A stretch of DNA of 40,709 bases. It comes from a virus. Lineage: Duplodnaviria > Caudoviricetes. Shown in pieces: positions 6,612-14,703 of this stretch; positions within the stretch are counted from its first letter, which is position 1, and every line of letters begins with the position of its first letter. Made by a program: the position numbers and the translations under genes. The notes below the pieces were generated by a model. The model ran no database searches, had not been told where the DNA came from, and saw nothing but the letters and a program-made list of their open reading frames with translations. Location of the stretch: the IMG/VR virus record IMGVR_UViG_3300025301_000030, positions 1-40,709 of that record, one strand, 5' to 3'.

Positions 6612-7733
6612 ATGTTGTGGAGCAAGAGCATCTTTGATGCTGATTCAGCATGTCCATCACAGGCATTAAGGCTTCGCAACGGAGAGCCTGGAGATAATTG
6701 GGGCGGGTACAAGGTCGGCGCTCATGTCCATGACATGATCTATGCACACCTTATTGGTGCCGATGCCCCGGCTATGGATGGTCTTAGCTGCGAGGAAATG
6801 GCTGCGTCAGAGCGTCTGATGAATCGGTTTCTTTCCTTTGACCTACAGATCCCAGAGGCCTTCGTTGCTGAGCAGAGCTATGTCTCCGAGATTGGAGAGG
6901 GTGGTGTTCCAGTTGAATGGGACATTGCCCCAACATGGGCTATCCGTGGAGATGATTGGGACCCATCAAGGTCAGACGGCAAGACATTCTGGAGGGTGCA
7001 ACCAGACGTGGCCTTTGTTGATGAAGACGGAGTGCTTGTCCTCTTTGATTGGAAGACAGCGTGGGGCCTACCATCCGATGCGAAGCTAGAGCAGGACGTG
7101 CAAGCCATTACCTACTGCGCTGCAATGGCAGACCTTTACCCAGACGCAAGGCTAGTCAGGTTTGTCTGGTGGAATGTCAGGTATCAGAAGGGGCACATGA
7201 TCGAGAGAAGCCCAAAAGAGTGGCGCTCTCTGGCTCAGTCAATCTTCAAGGCTTGCTACGACAAGGACCGGATGGATGACGAGAAGATCATCTACGACAC
7301 ACGACCCGGTGAGCATTGTGGAAGGTGCAAGTACAGCAGCAAGTGCGTTGTCGAGTTGCCGGATGCGCCTCAATACCTGGATGACACTGAGCTTTACAGG
7401 TACTCGCAGAGAATCAGTGAGCTTGGCAGGCAGATCAGGTCAGGCCTGAACGACCGACTCAAGGCAAGGACCGGCGTGCTTGAGCTTGATAGTGGCGTGC
7501 GGCTTGGCCCATCCAACAAGACGTACAAGAGATGGGATCGTGGCAAGAAAGATAACGGAATGCGAGAGGCATTCCTTGAGCTTCAGCACCACGACGGTGT
7601 CGATCCTTTTAAGTTTTTTGATGTAAGGGGAAGTCTCAATGACTGGATTGAGTCTCTCCCAGAAGGCGTGCGAGCCGCTGTCGAGCCGCACGTCGTTGAA
7701 ACTAACCGACAAGTTTTTGTGGAGACGGAATGA
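6612..7733 (+). CDS. PD-(D/E)XK exonuclease, Cas4/AddB-like with Fe-S staple (RecE analogue)
   Basis: QPD...LFDWKT and Q-x3-Y motifs, an N-terminal CP and a C-terminal C-x2-C-x5-C (HCGRCKYSSKC). Coupled to recT. Confidence 0.85.
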   Translation: MLWSKSIFDADSACPSQALRLRNGEPGDNWGGYKVGAHVHDMIYAHLIGADAPAMDGLSCEEMAASERLMNRFLSFDLQIPEAFVAEQSYVSEIGEGGVPVEWDIAPTWAIRGDDWDPSRSDGKTFWRVQPDVAFVDEDGVLVLFDWKTAWGLPSDAKLEQDVQAITYCAAMADLYPDARLVRFVWWNVRYQKGHMIERSPKEWRSLAQSIFKACYDKDRMDDEKIIYDTRPGEHCGRCKYSSKCVVELPDAPQYLDDTELYRYSQRISELGRQIRSGLNDRLKARTGVLELDSGVRLGPSNKTYKRWDRGKKDNGMREAFLELQHHDGVDPFKFFDVRGSLNDWIESLPEGVRAAVEPHVVETNRQVFVETE

Positions 7734-8758
7734 GCATACAAAGAATAAATAACCCCAACCAAATCAGTGGCCCAGGAATGGTCACACTGATAGAGAAGGC
7801 CAAGCCAAAGCTGGCAATGGTGTCTACTGCCTTCCTTAGTGAGGACAGGCTGTGCGCCCTTGCTCTGTCCATGTGGAAGAAGGACAAAAGGCTTAGAAGC
7901 TGCGATGCAGATAGCTTTATCCTGGCTCTCTACAAGGCGTGTCAGTTTGGGCTGGACCCAACTGGCATTGGCAACCAGGGGCATATCATTGCCTACAAGG
8001 GAAGGGCTGAGTTTGTCCGTGGCTGGGGTGGTGTAATCACTATGGCAGCAAGGCGTGGCATCAACATTGATACCTTCGCTGTGTACGATGCCGATGAGTT
8101 TGAGGTCGCAAGATATGTGAACCCTGACGGCTACCACATCGGGTTGCATCACAAGGAGTGCAGAGATAACCCAGATGAGATCGGTGAGGTGCGGGCTGCT
8201 TACGCAATAGCTACCTGCAAAGACTGGGAGCAGCCGATGGTCGAGGTCGCATGGCGTCACGACATTGAGAAGATCCGAAAGAACTCTGCCTCTCCAGGAA
8301 GCCCAGCTTGGAAGACGTGGTACGCAGAGATGGCAAGGAAGACTGCTGTAAACAGATTGTCGAAGAGGCTTCCCCTCTTTGTCCCGGTCAAGGAGTTGGT
8401 GGACAACGACAGGATAAACAAAACGTCTGTGCCGATTGCCGGGATAGCAAACGAAGACACCTTCTATGAGGGCCGTGTCGGCAACGATGTTATCGACGCC
8501 CCGATTGACGGTAAGTTTGTCAAGGAAAAGACAAGCAGCGACGGGCAGCTTGACCTTATCTCTACGGCACTCGGACTTAGAAACGACTACCCAGACATCT
8601 ATGTTCAGGTCTTCGGACGCAAGGACGTAACCAAGATGGATGTCAAGGAGTTGCAAACACTGGTTGATAAGGTCACTGACATCGGAACCCACGCAGCCTC
8701 TGTGTCTAGCGCAGAGCTTGTTAAGCATGAGTCGCAGGAAGATGAGCTTGGCTTCTAG
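7730..8758 (+). CDS. recT: RecT-family single-strand annealing protein
   Basis: L-x2-C-x3-SF..A-x3-GLDP...IIAYKG and SPAW-x3-YAEMARKTAV-x-RL-x-K-x-LP motifs, with an acidic C-terminal tail ending in F. Confidence 0.9.
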   Translation: MSIQRINNPNQISGPGMVTLIEKAKPKLAMVSTAFLSEDRLCALALSMWKKDKRLRSCDADSFILALYKACQFGLDPTGIGNQGHIIAYKGRAEFVRGWGGVITMAARRGINIDTFAVYDADEFEVARYVNPDGYHIGLHHKECRDNPDEIGEVRAAYAIATCKDWEQPMVEVAWRHDIEKIRKNSASPGSPAWKTWYAEMARKTAVNRLSKRLPLFVPVKELVDNDRINKTSVPIAGIANEDTFYEGRVGNDVIDAPIDGKFVKEKTSSDGQLDLISTALGLRNDYPDIYVQVFGRKDVTKMDVKELQTLVDKVTDIGTHAASVSSAELVKHESQEDELGF

Positions 8759-8838
8759 CCTACCTCTAAGGACCACCGCACCCCTCTAGGCTAGAGGTCA
8801 TGTCATTGTGAGAATGCAGAGGGTTCAGTGGCTATGCC

Positions 8839-8919
8839 TGCTGGTGTTGGACATTTTCTCATTATCAGTCCAACTGGTGAACGGGCTACCTGCCTAGAAG
8901 GTGGCCAAACCAGCATTTT
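8839..8919 (+). ncRNA. Candidate structured RNA (three-way junction)
   Basis: Stems TGCTGGT/ACCAGCA, GTTGGAC/GTCCAAC and GGCTACCT/AGGTGGCC, followed by TTTT, in the intergenic gap before the tRNA. Confidence 0.5.
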
Positions 8920-8927
8920 AATTAACA

Positions 8928-9004
8928 GGGCTCTTAGCTCAGATGGTTAGAGCATCCGGCTCATAACCGGCAGGTCCTGGGTTCAAGTCCCAGAGAGCCC
9001 ACCA
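8928..9004 (+). tRNA. tRNA with CAT anticodon, most likely tRNA-Ile2 (lysidine, reads AUA)
   Basis: 77-nt cloverleaf with acceptor GGGCTCT/AGAGCCC, anticodon arm CCGG-CTCATAA-CCGG, T loop TTCAAGT and encoded ACCA end. It has a G1-C72 pair and no GGG/CCC anticodon stem, so it is not an initiator. It resembles bacterial Ile2 genes. Confidence 0.92.
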
Positions 9005-9020
9005 ACAAAGGAGGCGAGAT

Positions 9021-9551
9021 ATGACCCATAGACTGTTGAACTACACAAACCCAAACGAGGCGTCGTCAATGACGCAGTGGGCGAGAGATTTCGTAAACAA
9101 CAACCCGTCCGCAACACTTATCGACTATGAGAAGATCATGTCAGACCACGGTAGAAGGTCGGGAAGAAGCCAGTATTACCAAGCGTGCAGAGAGTATCGA
9201 GACAAGCACGGTCTTGGGAAGCTGCCACGAGGCGGCGACGGTAAGCCAAAGCCAGCCAACCACGGACAGAGATTGCCGACAAGAAAGAAGGTCGCAGCAG
9301 TGAGTATAAAGAGTGAGACAGTGCCAGCAAAGAAGGATAACGGCCTCCCACCAACGCTTGATGCTTTGAGGCGCAGTGGTCCAGAGGATGAGATCAGAGA
9401 GGTTACGATGAAGCTGCTGCTCTGGATGCAGAAGTACAACGTAAGAGTTATCAGCATAGAGTGTGATAGCCAGGAAGTGACCATGTCGAACGCGCCGGCC
9501 GTTGCAAGGCAGAGGGTTCCGTCACCGCACTTCACCGTGCAAGATGAATAA
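9021..9551 (+). CDS. Hypothetical basic protein, possibly DNA-binding
   Basis: SD AAGGAGG right after the tRNA. Helical N-terminal domain and K/R-rich linker. Confidence 0.7.
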   Translation: MTHRLLNYTNPNEASSMTQWARDFVNNNPSATLIDYEKIMSDHGRRSGRSQYYQACREYRDKHGLGKLPRGGDGKPKPANHGQRLPTRKKVAAVSIKSETVPAKKDNGLPPTLDALRRSGPEDEIREVTMKLLLWMQKYNVRVISIECDSQEVTMSNAPAVARQRVPSPHFTVQDE

Positions 9552-9759
9552 ACACAAGCACGCCTATGGCAATTGGTTGCTGCACAAGCCAGCAGACAAG
9601 GGCTCTATGGACGACAAGGAGTTTATAAAGGGGCTCAGGCTTCCCCCATTCTGGTATCAGTCATGTGAGTGTGGGTACGAGAATTGGGTAAGAATGGATA
9701 AGAAGCCTAACAACTCATTTAAGTTTAATGAGATGCGGAGGGCGAGAGGCTTTGTCTAA
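9544..9759 (+). CDS. Hypothetical phage protein (71 aa)
   Basis: ATG 9544 (MNKHKHAYG) overlaps the upstream stop. Contains CECG. Confidence 0.6.
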   Translation: MNKHKHAYGNWLLHKPADKGSMDDKEFIKGLRLPPFWYQSCECGYENWVRMDKKPNNSFKFNEMRRARGFV

Positions 9760-10241
9760 TGGGCGGAAGAAAGAGCAGGAACAAGGGAGCCAACTTCGAG
9801 CGGGCTATCGCAAAGAGATTGCGCGAATGGCTTGGCGAGGACTGGACCGTAAAGAGGAACCCAACTGATAGACAGAACGGGGTAGCTGGGGCTGGCGAGT
9901 TTGAACTTGTCGGTCCCTTCCCCTTCCCCTTCGCCATAGAATGCAAGGCGCACGAAAGCTTTGATTACTCACAGTTATTCAGGAGGCCCCTGACAGGGCC
10001 GCTAAGCGGTTTCTGGTCACAGGCTATGTCTCAGGCGCAGTCGTGTGGGAAACGCCCCCTGCTGCTTCTCAAGCGCAACAACGGACCCATCCTGGCTGTC
10101 GCTGAGATAGATACGCTAAGGGGTGCGGGGGTTCTTGCTGAATCCTCGTGCGTTATGAGGCTGTATGACCTGGGCTGCTGCGTCTTTCCAGCAGAGGACC
10201 TGTTCGGTACATGCCCGGAAGTCCTTTACGAAGTAGAGTGA
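9759..10241 (+). CDS. Hjc-type Holliday junction resolvase / PD-(D/E)XK nuclease
   Basis: SRNKGANFERAIAKRL ... AIECK ... W-x-QA-x2-QA ... PLLLLKRN pattern typical of phage Hjc-like resolvases. Confidence 0.8.
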   Translation: MGGRKSRNKGANFERAIAKRLREWLGEDWTVKRNPTDRQNGVAGAGEFELVGPFPFPFAIECKAHESFDYSQLFRRPLTGPLSGFWSQAMSQAQSCGKRPLLLLKRNNGPILAVAEIDTLRGAGVLAESSCVMRLYDLGCCVFPAEDLFGTCPEVLYEVE

Positions 10242-10282
10242 ACGACGTAGCCTCTAGGGGCTCATCCGTTCTCCAGTATTGC

Positions 10283-10313
10283 AAGCGCCCGTCATCCTTG
10301 GCGGGCGTTTGTT
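10283..10313 (+). terminator. Rho-independent terminator between convergent operons
   Basis: AAGCGCCCGTCA-TCCT-TGGCGGGCGTTT-GTT. Confidence 0.75.
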
Positions 10314-10322
10314 CGTTCTGGA

Positions 10323-10682
10323 TCAGGAGAGGTCGTGGCTCATAATGTAGAGGTCTACCTTCGACGGATCTCCAGTGCCATCGCGAGAGGTTGATGCGGA
10401 AACAGACACCGCTGTGCCGAACGCGACCCCTTCATCTATGAAGACAGTCATGTTTCCCGACGCATCCAGGGGGATGAGAACATCGGCAGACCCCGCAGTT
10501 ACAGTGTTTGAGTCAAACAGGCTCACATACCTTGTCGCCGCATCAGCGGTGAGAATGTGTATGACATGCACTGCGCCGCTAGATCCAGTTACGTCAGCGG
10601 CACCGGCCGCAACAACATCCGTGGCCCTGGTCAGCTTGGTGAGGAGGTCGGTTGTGAATGGGGATGTTTTATAAGTAGCCAT
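10323..10682 (-). CDS. Putative virion beta-sandwich protein
   Basis: A/T/G/V-rich. Last gene of the late operon and similar in layout to its upstream neighbour. Confidence 0.65.
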   Translation of the reverse strand: MATYKTSPFTTDLLTKLTRATDVVAAGAADVTGSSGAVHVIHILTADAATRYVSLFDSNTVTAGSADVLIPLDASGNMTVFIDEGVAFGTAVSVSASTSRDGTGDPSKVDLYIMSHDLS

Positions 10683-11062
10683 TAGTCCTCCACCATAAAC
10701 CTTATGGTTACAGCGCCCTCTGGTGCCGCGTTTCCAGCGGTGCCATTGGTTGTAAGCACGGCTGCATACAATTTACTCATCACAAAGCCAGTATCAAACG
10801 TGTACTGAAGCTTACTGGCTGCATCAGCCATAAGGATTGCCGTTGGCGTATCTGTGCCAACAACCGCTGTCCCTGATGTCCACATCTTTAGCCAGCAGTT
10901 TTCCGTATCATTGTTAGTGTTATCGATCTGAACGGCGAACACCCTAACCGGGGCAGCAAGGATGGTCTGGAGGGCGACTGCATCCCCCGAGTCAGCATCC
11001 TGAACCATCGTATAAACAGAATCCGCTGACTGAGCGAGAAGCGCTGTCTTATTTACAGCCAT
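10682..11062 (-). CDS. Putative virion beta-sandwich protein
   Basis: Beta-rich composition with TAATG coupling. Confidence 0.65.
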   Translation of the reverse strand: MAVNKTALLAQSADSVYTMVQDADSGDAVALQTILAAPVRVFAVQIDNTNNDTENCWLKMWTSGTAVVGTDTPTAILMADAASKLQYTFDTGFVMSKLYAAVLTTNGTAGNAAPEGAVTIRFMVED

Positions 11063-11064
11063 AG

Positions 11065-11478
11065 CTAACTGCCTTTCTCAAGCCGCTTGATACGACGTTC
11101 TATGCGACGACGCGCCGTCGCCGCCATCTTAGGACCACGCTTCTGAAGACGATCCTTCAGCCGATCCAGCCTCTTACCTCTTAGCTTCTCTGATCGCGCA
11201 GCCGCACGCCAGATACCAATGGCACCAAGCGCTACGAAGAAGACAACGATTCCGTCCAAGGCCTCAAGGAGTGGGTCCCCAAAGGGGATAGCATTGTCCA
11301 GGCGATAGCTAAGCTCGGCAGCGTAGGCGGCGTCTTGCTCGAATTGCCTGAGCCCCTCTACCTCCTCGGCCAAATCACCCAAGACATTGACAAGCATCAG
11401 CATCACAGGCCCTGTGTGCTTCTCCAGAGTACGAGCGGCGTCGGCCCGTTTCTTCATTCGGCTATCGCGTTTACTCAT
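11065..11478 (-). CDS. Hypothetical membrane protein
   Basis: Hydrophobic segment GIVVFFVALGAIGIW followed by a very basic C-terminus. Start placed at ATG 11478 (GAGGAAG upstream). Confidence 0.7.
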   Translation of the reverse strand: MSKRDSRMKKRADAARTLEKHTGPVMLMLVNVLGDLAEEVEGLRQFEQDAAYAAELSYRLDNAIPFGDPLLEALDGIVVFFVALGAIGIWRAAARSEKLRGKRLDRLKDRLQKRGPKMAATARRRIERRIKRLEKGS

Positions 11479-11599
11479 CAGCTTCCTCTGGCCCACGACA
11501 TGGGCAATCAGACCAGTGCATATCGCATACTGTGCAGTAGTATCCCTTACACCCTGGACAAACTGTTAGCAGTTTATAGGGGTCATTCACTGCCGTCAT
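11471..11599 (-). CDS. Cys-rich micro-protein (42 aa), not in the ORF track
   Basis: MTAVNDPYKLLTVCPGCKGYYCTVCDMHWSDCPCRGPEEADE. Fills the gap and overlaps both neighbours. Confidence 0.6.
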   Translation of the reverse strand: MTAVNDPYKLLTVCPGCKGYYCTVCDMHWSDCPCRGPEEADE

Positions 11600-11807
11600 C
11601 TTTCAGCTTGGGGGGTATCCACCCCTCCATGGTCTTCCCATCAACGAAGCCCTGGCTGACGCAGTAAGCAATGATCGCAGCGCAGGACAAGCGAAGCGCC
11701 TCGCCCATATCAACCTCTGCCGAGAGGTAAGACAGCAGGGGCGGAAGCACTGCTCCAGCAACCGCAAGGATTAGCTTTCTACTTTTCAACTTATCGGGAA
11801 TCTTCAT
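11583..11807 (-). CDS. Putative holin
   Basis: KLKSRKL followed by two hydrophobic helices and Y-x3-QG-x-VD, a common phage holin pattern. Lies near the endolysin. Confidence 0.75.
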   Translation of the reverse strand: MKIPDKLKSRKLILAVAGAVLPPLLSYLSAEVDMGEALRLSCAAIIAYCVSQGFVDGKTMEGWIPPKLKDDGSE

Positions 11808-11971
11808 CACTCTTCTCCAATTGAACTGTCGTCGTCATCCATAGAGCTATCGTCATCATCCGAGAAGCCCTGCCACTGGATGAGAACAAGAGACATAAGT
11901 ATAAATAGAGCTGACACCCCAGCTAGCCATCTAAGAAACGTTGGCCCTGGGTTGAGATACTGTTTGTTCAT
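11807..11971 (-). CDS. Small single-TM protein with acidic DDDDSS repeats (54 aa), not in the ORF track
   Basis: MNKQYLNPGPTFLRWLAGVSALFILMSLVLIQWQGFSDDDDSSMDDDDSSIGEE. Starts 2 nt after the endolysin stop and is TGATG-coupled to the holin. Confidence 0.65.
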   Translation of the reverse strand: MNKQYLNPGPTFLRWLAGVSALFILMSLVLIQWQGFSDDDDSSMDDDDSSIGEE

Positions 11972-11973
11972 AA

Positions 11974-12606
11974 CTACCACTCATCCAATAACGTATAGGT
12001 GAAACTATCCCAGCCTCGTTCAGACCTTTGCTTTCTACACACCTTCATGAACTCACGAAAGTGTAATGTTTCCTTGAAGACCTGACACCCTGCACTCCAT
12101 ACACCGATGGCATCACTCACCTGATCCCTCCTATACGGCGAAGAAGACGCTGCGTGAATGTTGATACCAAAGTATCCGCTCTGCTCGTCATGCCCGTAAT
12201 CAACCTTCTCATCAAGGTTCCCGTCGCGCCACACACTCACCGGACCATTGCGCTGACACAGCGCCTCGTAGCGCGATTTACCATGCCTATCTATGCGGTA
12301 GGCCCCCTTGTATTGCCCTGGAATAAGTATGGCTGTACCGGCAGGGTTTAGCTGGTTGTCCCTGCTCATCAGGTAGTGGTGCCCAGGCTCAGTGGTGATA
12401 GGCCACCAAAGGTCGCGCCACTGACCACGTCCATCCTTAAACAAAACGTGAAGCGCGTCATCAAACGAGTTGGCGGTGCCGTGCTTCTTGCGGATGCCAA
12501 CCACATTCAGATTGAAATTGCCGCCCGTGTAAGCGGTCATTCCAAGCGATTTAATGCGGGCCAGGATAGGGTGGTTCAGCGACACTGTGCCCCGGTCGCT
12601 TGGCAA
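11974..12606 (-). CDS. Putative endolysin with L,D-transpeptidase (YkuD-like) catalytic motif
   Basis: GINIH-x17-SAGCQV His/Cys motif plus VVGIR, N-x-FDD and T-x-PG motifs. Flanked by membrane proteins. The true start may be the GTG near 12585. Confidence 0.65.
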   Translation of the reverse strand: MPSDRGTVSLNHPILARIKSLGMTAYTGGNFNLNVVGIRKKHGTANSFDDALHVLFKDGRGQWRDLWWPITTEPGHHYLMSRDNQLNPAGTAILIPGQYKGAYRIDRHGKSRYEALCQRNGPVSVWRDGNLDEKVDYGHDEQSGYFGINIHAASSSPYRRDQVSDAIGVWSAGCQVFKETLHFREFMKVCRKQRSERGWDSFTYTLLDEW

Positions 12607-12860
12607 ATTGCTGCGATAGAGATCGCCTGCTCTGCCACGTCATCTCGAAGGGCTCTCTGCTCTACTACAATTGTTTCTAATTTGGCCCCTGTGACTGGGT
12701 GCGAGTCGAGCGACTCATGGTTATCCAGGTCTGCGACTACGGTTGCCACGTCCGAGCTACTGCCAAGCATCGTTTGGTACATAGCACCAAGGCCAAACAG
12801 GACGGGGATGCACCAGAGGGCAACCTTGATAAGAGTGGATGGGTCTAATCGGTTGGTCAT
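12576..12860 (-). CDS. Membrane-anchored coiled-coil protein (lysis module)
   Basis: N-terminal TM segment (VALWCIPVLFGLGAMY), then a coiled coil. Directly upstream of the endolysin. Confidence 0.65.
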   Translation of the reverse strand: MTNRLDPSTLIKVALWCIPVLFGLGAMYQTMLGSSSDVATVVADLDNHESLDSHPVTGAKLETIVVEQRALRDDVAEQAISIAAICQATGAQCR

Positions 12861-12862
12861 AG

Positions 12863-13822
12863 CTACTCAATCGACTCAAAGATGGCCTCAAGGCCGTCCT
12901 CGTCTATGTCTGATGTGAAGAACCCAATCGGCCCCCAGCGCCACCCGTCCCACTGCTGCGCCCCAGAGTTCTTCATAGCCAAGCCCAGCGTTAGCCCATC
13001 GTGGCTGTGGTCTGAGGTGCCAGATATTTCCTGCCTACTGGCCCACTCAACGCCTACCCTGGCGGTGTAAATTGTAAAGTCGTGAGTGTCGGTCTGCCTC
13101 CAGCCAATGAAGTACCACGCATCAACCACCATAAATGATGCGCCGTTAATGCCAAGCTCTTGCGGGACGCTCATCCTAATCTTGCCAAGGCTGGCGGTGC
13201 CCTTGTAAAAACCTAGAGCGAGGTGCCCAGCTAAGTCGGCAGATGTTGAACTGCTGTCCCCGTCAAACTGAAATATGTTTCCGTAATTAGCGGAACCCCA
13301 ATTAGCCCCAGCGTTCTTGAAGAACGCAAAGCCAGACTTCGCTCCAGTAGTTCGAGTAAGGCAATCAGCGAGTTCGGTCGATTGCGCGGTTCCTGAGTCG
13401 ATGCCGACAAAGTTCGATGCGTCAGACTGAATCGACTCAATGGCAGAGGTCAGGGAATCTGTTGTTCCAATGTTGTCTTCAACTACGCGGAAATTACCAG
13501 TTGAGGCCACCACTGCGAGAAGGTCTGGATTGTCGTCTGGGCCAAGCTGCGTCATTGCCACGGCATCGTCGGAAAGATCCCCTGCCTCCTTTGCGTTTGG
13601 CGACCACCAAGCAGCTAGCGTTTCTATATCATTTATGTATGAGGCAAAGCTGTCGCCTGCCTCCTCTGCCGCAGTGGGTGGAATGATCCTTGTAACCGAT
13701 TCCCCACCGGGAACACTGCGAGCAATCGCCTCACCTCCGGGGGCAACGCGAGCAATCGCCTCGCCCCCAGGAGAGAGCCTTGTGATGGTGTCTCCACCCG
13801 GTATCAGTCTCGTTATGCTCAT
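12863..13822 (-). CDS. LamG/concanavalin-A-like virion protein (possible receptor-binding) with N-terminal repeats
   Basis: LAAWW, DAWYFIGW, FTIY and C-terminal GFF...IDEDGLEAIF are typical of LamG-like domains. Confidence 0.6.
   Translation of the reverse strand: MSITRLIPGGDTITRLSPGGEAIARVAPGGEAIARSVPGGESVTRIIPPTAAEEAGDSFASYINDIETLAAWWSPNAKEAGDLSDDAVAMTQLGPDDNPDLLAVVASTGNFRVVEDNIGTTDSLTSAIESIQSDASNFVGIDSGTAQSTELADCLTRTTGAKSGFAFFKNAGANWGSANYGNIFQFDGDSSSTSADLAGHLALGFYKGTASLGKIRMSVPQELGINGASFMVVDAWYFIGWRQTDTHDFTIYTARVGVEWASRQEISGTSDHSHDGLTLGLAMKNSGAQQWDGWRWGPIGFFTSDIDEDGLEAIFESIE
13680..13816 (-). repeat. 30-bp (10-aa) tandem repeat, about 4.5 copies
   Basis: ITRLIPGGDT / ITRLSPGGEA / IARVAPGGEA / IARSVPGGES / VTRIIP. 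Confidence 0.9.
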
Positions 13823-13828
13823 ACTCTT

Positions 13829-14227
13829 CTACGATATAGCCCGAACATACATTGTTACCGTGTAGGTAGTGTCGTCCACCGAGCCCTGTTGGGGGCCGAT
13901 CTGGACCTGGGGCTGGGTAAAGAAAGCCATTGGCGCATCCAGCAGGTCTACATGGTCAGCCATGCCACCGTTGTTTGCTGTGGTGTTGTTGTATGTAGCG
14001 CTATATATCAGGTGCCCTGCCCCTGGCGCGCCAAGATAAATCTTCACCGGTATGGCGGTGTTCTGAGGATCGACGTTCGATGCCCTTACGCGAACCCCAT
14101 GAAGGTATCCACGAGAAATCGCACCGCCTCCAGCCTGTAACGGGCCGGCGCTACTGGTTCCGGTGCCGGTAATGGGCGCAACGAAATCGTCTACGGGAAT
14201 CCAGATCTCCCTAGTGTTGTAACTCAT
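13829..14227 (-). CDS. Putative virion beta-sandwich protein
   Basis: Beta-rich, in the late operon. Confidence 0.65.
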   Translation of the reverse strand: MSYNTREIWIPVDDFVAPITGTGTSSAGPLQAGGGAISRGYLHGVRVRASNVDPQNTAIPVKIYLGAPGAGHLIYSATYNNTTANNGGMADHVDLLDAPMAFFTQPQVQIGPQQGSVDDTTYTVTMYVRAIS

Positions 14228-14234
14228 CTCTCAT

Positions 14235-14618
14235 CTACTCCAATAGTTTCGTAAAAAATAGAATTGTGTACGTCTTGCTACCACCACCACCAGTGTCCTT
14301 GATTGTGAAATGTGGTGCATCAAATATGGGAACCGATGCAGTCCTTCGAGTTCCCGCGCTGGTCAGCATTACCAGGGCCTGGGTGTCTACGCTGAGATCA
14401 ATCTCTGACTCGTGGTACAGGTAGGTGGCGGCAAGCTCCCCATATACCTTCACGGTTGCTGAGTGACCTGCGCCAGCGGAAGCATCAACAGAAAGCTGAA
14501 AGCCGTATAGCGCAGCAGCCTCTATTGAACCATCAGCCGTCTTTATTGGCGTGACGGCGGTAGTCGCTCCAGCACTGACAGAGGCGAAGCTGTCTCTTTG
14601 GGTAACGGCCCAGACCAT
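14235..14618 (-). CDS. Putative virion beta-sandwich protein
   Basis: Start moved to ATG 14618 (SD AGGAGG). Layout parallels the downstream gene. Confidence 0.65.
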   Translation of the reverse strand: MVWAVTQRDSFASVSAGATTAVTPIKTADGSIEAAALYGFQLSVDASAGAGHSATVKVYGELAATYLYHESEIDLSVDTQALVMLTSAGTRRTASVPIFDAPHFTIKDTGGGGSKTYTILFFTKLLE

Positions 14619-14703
14619 CGCTTCCTCCTGCCCCTTGTCCAACTGTTAAGCGATACACAGCCGGTGGGTCTATGGGGTTTTAACCACCCTAACAGACAAT
14701 CCC

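Noticed and set aside
7583-8776. 397-aa antisense ORF
   Set aside because: It mirrors recT on the opposite strand, has no motifs or SD, and is best explained as a codon-bias shadow.
8928-9004. tRNA as a prophage attachment site
   Set aside because: Phage genes continue on both sides, and I saw no duplicated tRNA 3' end or integrase in the window.
14643-14703. Weak hairpin after the giant gene
   Set aside because: The stem is imperfect and lacks a U-tract, which is insufficient for a terminator call.
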